A stretch of DNA of 21,077 nt from Ignavibacteria bacterium (lineage in GTDB: Bacteria; Bacteroidota; Ignavibacteria; Ignavibacteriales; Ignavibacteriaceae): positions 1 to 21,077 of the forward strand of contig JAJTBZ010000027.1 of NCBI GenBank assembly GCA_021286645.1. Direction: 5' to 3'. Numbering within the stretch: the stretch's first letter is position 1; every line of letters begins with the position of its first letter. This document shows positions 17,310 through 21,077 of the stretch, piece by piece. Under the pieces are notes generated by a model that made no database searches, was not told the DNA's origin, and worked only from the letters and a program-made list of their open reading frames with translations. The position numbers and the translations under genes were made by a program.

Positions 17310-18626
17310 TTACGAGATTAAAGTTTTAATGCTTTGTATCAGGCGCTTATCATCTGCTTCATCTGCCTTAAAAGCATCGTAATGAATAAGTTCGGTATGC
17401 TTTTGTACGAGAGCAGATTTTTTCAGGTACCCCGAAACTACGGAGTTGCCATGCGTAGTCCACGAATTTTCCGCGATTGTAATTCCAATTCTATTAATTG
17501 AGGGGAGCATTATTTTTAACTCATCCAACGTTTTATACCCATTGGAATCAAAATCATCGCCATCGGTTCCGTGGAATACATAGATATTAAAATCCCGGGC
17601 AAGGTTTTCTTCTTTAATGATTTTATTTACAAGTGCATACCCGGAAGCAATATCGGTACCGCCCGCGACTTGTTTGATGTAGTATGTATAAAAATCCGGT
17701 ACTTCATGTGCCTCGGTATCATGAACAATAAACCTGCTAATTACTCTCCGTTGATATTGGAATACCAACCAACTGTGAATATACACATGTTGTGTTACAA
17801 CCGCTTCAGTTGGCTTACCCTGCATCGATCCGGAGTAATCTCTGACAAAAAACACCATTGCCTGTGACTCGCGCTCTTTTTCTTTCGAGAGTGTACGATA
17901 GACTCTATCCGCGGGTGTAATAATTAATTTGCTCATATCAATTTCTTGTTCGGGAACGATATTGCCAAGCACCATATTGGTTTTTACTACTCGCCGCAAA
18001 GTTTGCTTTTTGTCAAGAATCTGCCCATGGCCCCGATTCATATCTGATAGTTCATACGTGAATCGGGTAAGAGAGACCTTTTTCCCTTTGTCTTTAATGT
18101 TTGGTAATTCGAATTGCTCGGTAAGAACCCTGCCAATTTCGAAAGCGTCTGTGCCCATGCCATGCTCTCCGCCTTCGCCCTGGCCGGGCCCTTGCCCCCC
18201 GGATTCGCCTTCACGTATTGGCTGTTCTCCTATAACATCACCTTCCGCTTCATCTCCGCTGCCGCCCGTTGATGGTCCTTCGGTAAACTGCTCCTCAGAT
18301 TTCCAATGATACAGTTTTTCTTCCGATGCAGAGGGGATAATGATACTCTTATCTCCGCCATCCCGCGATGGCTTAACTAATTTGCCTAAACGTATTTTCC
18401 TCGGGAATCCATCTTTTTCACGCAGCCGGTCGCGTTCGAGCAAACGATCAAGATCGTACATGTGTCCGGTAGTTAATGCCCCGGCCTGTAAACCTACAAT
18501 GGTTTTTTGATCATTATATGAGTAAATACCCGGAACATGGATTGTATCCAGTACTGCAAAATTGAAAATATCTTCCGGTGTTTTTCGCTCACTATCACCG
18601 CCGTGAGGGAGATTTTTGTCTTTCAT
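17310..18626 (-). CDS. yeaH: YeaH/YhbH-family protein (DUF444/UPF0229; vWA-like C-terminal domain with a Gly/Glu-rich acidic linker)
   Basis: The Gly/Glu/Gln-rich linker GGSGDEAEGDVIGEQPIREGESGGQGPGQGEGGEHG is typical of YeaH. It is followed by MVFFVRDYSGSM, a vWA MIDAS-like D-x-S-G-S motif. I set the start at ATG 18626, which has a GGGAG SD and lies 20 nt after the prkA stop. The track ORF extends to 18791 but would overlap prkA by 146 nt. Confidence 0.75.
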   Translation of the reverse strand: MKDKNLPHGGDSERKTPEDIFNFAVLDTIHVPGIYSYNDQKTIVGLQAGALTTGHMYDLDRLLERDRLREKDGFPRKIRLGKLVKPSRDGGDKSIIIPSASEEKLYHWKSEEQFTEGPSTGGSGDEAEGDVIGEQPIREGESGGQGPGQGEGGEHGMGTDAFEIGRVLTEQFELPNIKDKGKKVSLTRFTYELSDMNRGHGQILDKKQTLRRVVKTNMVLGNIVPEQEIDMSKLIITPADRVYRTLSKEKERESQAMVFFVRDYSGSMQGKPTEAVVTQHVYIHSWLVFQYQRRVISRFIVHDTEAHEVPDFYTYYIKQVAGGTDIASGYALVNKIIKEENLARDFNIYVFHGTDGDDFDSNGYKTLDELKIMLPSINRIGITIAENSWTTHGNSVVSGYLKKSALVQKHTELIHYDAFKADEADDKRLIQSIKTLIS

Positions 18627-18645
18627 GGTTACTCCCGTTATTTTG

Positions 18646-20709
18646 TCAGGACTGATGGTCCTGAGTGCAGAAAAACTCGATTGTTTTTTCGGCACATGTT
18701 TTACAATAGTGTAATTTATTAACCATTGTAGAAACAATCCTGTTGTAGAGTTTTTCATTATCTTCATTGGTTCTGTTGGCCAAGGCGCCAACTAATCCGC
18801 CTGCCGATGCTATATCGGAATTTAAACGTGTATCAGTAACAGCTTTTACAAGATCCACATTGTCCATGAAATCGTAGTTCTTATCAGTCTGTAGCTTTTG
18901 CGCGTAGATTTTTCGTATCTGGCTTCTAAAGGATTCTTTTTGTTCCAGAGTTTTCATCTCCAGCTCATTTTCAACCGCGTTTACGAAGCGTTCATCAATT
19001 TTAATAGGTTGCGTCTTACCGGTTTGAGGATCTAAATAAGTAATTATTTTATCCGGCCCTAAATCAGTTCTACCCATACCAATAATCATATTTACATAAA
19101 GCATCACATCTTTTCGGATGGCGGCGGGTTCATCCATGAAGGCATTAAACATTTCAGTTCTGATTTGCTTCCGATACAAACCGCGGGCAATCTTCAAGTC
19201 TTCGAAGTATTTGATTCTTTCGTTATTATCCTGAACGTAATCAAGAATTACTTCTTCTGCACTTTTAAATGCATCCAGAGCAAACATGCATTCGCCCTCG
19301 TTGGTTTCAGGGTACCCTCGTAGTGTATTTACCATACGAACCAGATCGCGTTGGCCTAATCCTTTCTGCCCGAAACGTTTTGTGGTATCTGATTCATGTT
19401 CAAGTTGACCAACGATTTCTGCGAGTGTTTTTACACTCTTTTCACCCGCAACTTCACCCGCTGCTAATTTCATCATTTCAACCGGAGTCAGTTTATCGTC
19501 AAAACGAGGCAGGCGACTCAATGTAACAATTACCGACAGAGTGTAGATAAGGTTGGGGTCGATATGCAAATTTTTACCCGTAAATGTAGTTTTGCTACCG
19601 CTTCCAATCGCATATTTCGTCAGGTTTTCCTGTAGTTTGTAGTTAGTCAGATGTGCTACGTAACAGAACTTGCATCTGTCAAGAATTGGCTTTTCCTCAC
19701 CATTTGAACGGTAATTTAATACATCGGCATTATTACTTGTAGCAATAATAAATGTATCAATAGGCCATTTAAAGGCGTCAATTTCAATTTCCCTGTTCTG
19801 AATTACTCCAAGATATATTTTCATCAGATCCGTTTTATTCTTGAATATCTCATCAGCAAAGTGAATACCTCCGCCTCCAACTCTTGCAAGTGCGCCTCGA
19901 CGAAGGTCGAATCGATAGGGATTATTTGAATTCGTAATATGCAACAGGCGTTGAATGCTTTCATCGCCAACAAGATCAACACCAGAGCTTGTTAGTTTAT
20001 CCTTAGCAGGGTATTTTCCGGTAATAGTACCGAGTGTACTGCTAATAGGTACTTTCACAATACTAATGCAGTTTTTTATTTTCTCGAGATCATCATCAAA
20101 ATAATCACGGAGGTCGCGTAAAATAAATTCTGAATCGGCGCCTAAAGGGCGGTAATTTTGATAGAAGTGGTCAACTTGAGCCGAAGTAAACCCGTTTTTA
20201 ATAAATTCTTCTTTGCCTTCATCAAGCGAATAGAAGAGGTTCATCAGCAGAATTACAGGATCCTCATAGGTTTGTGATTCAATTTCTTTTATACTCCCAT
20301 ATCCCGGCAGCCCGTCAGGCAGCATGAATTTGAACGTATATTTGTTATTGGTTGGAATACTGATAAAATCACGATAAAGTGAGGAAAGATAATCTACAAA
20401 AAATGTTTTGCCATTGCCGGGTTCTCCCACGAGCACATAGGCCATATCCTTACTTTCTCCATATTCAGCAGCATCTTTAATGAAGGCAACAAAACTATTG
20501 ATAACATCATACAGGCCGATAATGTGTTTTTTACCTTTTCGGAATTTATCAAAATCATAGGTGCTTCTGCCGTTGACGAGTATAGGGTGGATGCTGTCGC
20601 CATCGCTGAATATCATCCGGGCAAGGCCCTGGAAAATATTTTCAAAATGATGCTTCTCTTCCTGTAGCTCTTTAATATAAGAATCGAGACGCAGCAATTC
20701 TGCTTTCAT
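18646..20709 (-). CDS. prkA: PrkA/YeaG-family serine protein kinase (AAA+ N-terminal domain plus PrkA C-terminal domain)
   Basis: 687 aa. The P-loop YVLVGEPGNGKTFFV matches YeaG LYLLGPVGGGKSSLA. GGGIHFADEIFK...FIIATSNNADVLNYRSNGEEKPILDRCKFCYVAHLTNYKLQE parallels the YeaG block GNRGLIEFVEMFK...IILAHSNESEW...FLDRVYIVKVPYCLRISEE. A GGAGGG SD lies upstream of ATG 20709. Confidence 0.85.
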   Translation of the reverse strand: MKAELLRLDSYIKELQEEKHHFENIFQGLARMIFSDGDSIHPILVNGRSTYDFDKFRKGKKHIIGLYDVINSFVAFIKDAAEYGESKDMAYVLVGEPGNGKTFFVDYLSSLYRDFISIPTNNKYTFKFMLPDGLPGYGSIKEIESQTYEDPVILLMNLFYSLDEGKEEFIKNGFTSAQVDHFYQNYRPLGADSEFILRDLRDYFDDDLEKIKNCISIVKVPISSTLGTITGKYPAKDKLTSSGVDLVGDESIQRLLHITNSNNPYRFDLRRGALARVGGGGIHFADEIFKNKTDLMKIYLGVIQNREIEIDAFKWPIDTFIIATSNNADVLNYRSNGEEKPILDRCKFCYVAHLTNYKLQENLTKYAIGSGSKTTFTGKNLHIDPNLIYTLSVIVTLSRLPRFDDKLTPVEMMKLAAGEVAGEKSVKTLAEIVGQLEHESDTTKRFGQKGLGQRDLVRMVNTLRGYPETNEGECMFALDAFKSAEEVILDYVQDNNERIKYFEDLKIARGLYRKQIRTEMFNAFMDEPAAIRKDVMLYVNMIIGMGRTDLGPDKIITYLDPQTGKTQPIKIDERFVNAVENELEMKTLEQKESFRSQIRKIYAQKLQTDKNYDFMDNVDLVKAVTDTRLNSDIASAGGLVGALANRTNEDNEKLYNRIVSTMVNKLHYCKTCAEKTIEFFCTQDHQS

Positions 20710-20958
20710 GTGTCCCTCCGGTAATTGGTTGCTTCTAGTAAAATAAACTCTTTTTTATTTTTAAGCCAGGTTATTACCTGTTGCCCTAACCAACTGAAGT
20801 TGTACGGAAAGAATATAACTAAAACAATATCGAATTACCATAGCATAATCTTTCCCGAGTCATCCTTACGCATTGAGTCAAAAATAAAGTAACCCAATGA
20901 GATAGGGAAAAGAGGTCGTTGAGTCATAATATAGGTAACCGAAAAAAACGGAGATATT

Positions 20959-21077
20959 ATGATTCAAGGAAGCCAAAAAGAGTATTTACTCACCATACAA
21001 ACACGTTATAAAAAAGCGGATAGAAAAGAGAAGATAAAAATACTGGATGAATTTTGTGCAAACTGTTCCTATAACCG
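20959..21077 (+). CDS. Partial ORF (first 39 codons, MIQGSQKEYLLTIQTRYKKADRKEKIKILDEFCANCSYN...) running off the 3' window edge. It may be the N-terminal HTH/zinc-finger of a mobile-element transposase.
   Basis: CGGAGA SD lies 4 nt upstream of ATG 20959. The ILDEFC...C-x-x-C pattern resembles the N-terminus of some IS transposases. I cannot confirm this from 39 residues. Confidence 0.3.
   Translation, partial: MIQGSQKEYLLTIQTRYKKADRKEKIKILDEFCANCSYN

Noticed and set aside
17800-18310. Gly/Glu/Gln-rich low-complexity segment in YeaH
   Set aside because: This acidic Gly-rich linker is a normal feature of YeaH/YhbH-family proteins, not a separate element.
18627-18791. N-terminal extension of the yeaH ORF (track start 18791)
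   Set aside because: It would overlap the 3' end of prkA by 146 nt. An internal ATG at 18626 with a GGGAG SD lies 20 nt after the prkA stop and gives an N-terminus consistent with the YeaH family.

Overview
The window looks like a chromosomal segment from a moderately AT-rich bacterium, about 40% GC by eye. Shine-Dalgarno sites are used (AAGGAG, GGAGG, GGGAG). The only lineage hints are a T9SS-type C-terminal sorting domain and a Fibrobacter-succinogenes-paralogous (Fib_succ_major-type) domain, which point to the FCB group, possibly an Ignavibacteriae-like organism. I could not run any searches, so that placement is inference. In window order, the genes are as follows. On the minus strand, a PP2C phosphatase gene is followed (14-nt gap) by a Hanks Ser/Thr kinase gene that runs off the 5' window edge. 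The kinase C-terminus has a transmembrane segment followed by Asp-box/BNR repeats of the Ycf48-like propeller type. Next come an orphan beta-class DNA methyltransferase and hemL. A secreted GH15-type glycoside hydrolase with a GH2-like N-terminal beta-sandwich follows. A LytS-like histidine kinase and a LytTR response regulator are convergent to that hydrolase. A 663-bp intergenic region full of GGAGCA motifs and exact 10- and 11-mer repeats comes next. After it lies a gene for a Fib_succ_major protein with a T9SS C-terminal domain. A 689-aa flotillin/SPFH protein carries three 74-aa tandem repeats and is divergent from a bacteriohemerythrin gene. Finally there is a four-gene, tightly coupled minus-strand operon: prkA, yeaH/yhbH (DUF444), spoVR/ycgB, and a second, divergent PrkA-family P-loop paralog of 762 aa. 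A short partial ORF sits at the 3' edge. No tRNA, rRNA or CRISPR features were recognised. The most unusual items are the prkA operon with its extra paralog, the repeat-bearing flotillin, the kinase-propeller fusion, the motif-dense intergenic region, and the A9 tract inside the orphan methyltransferase.
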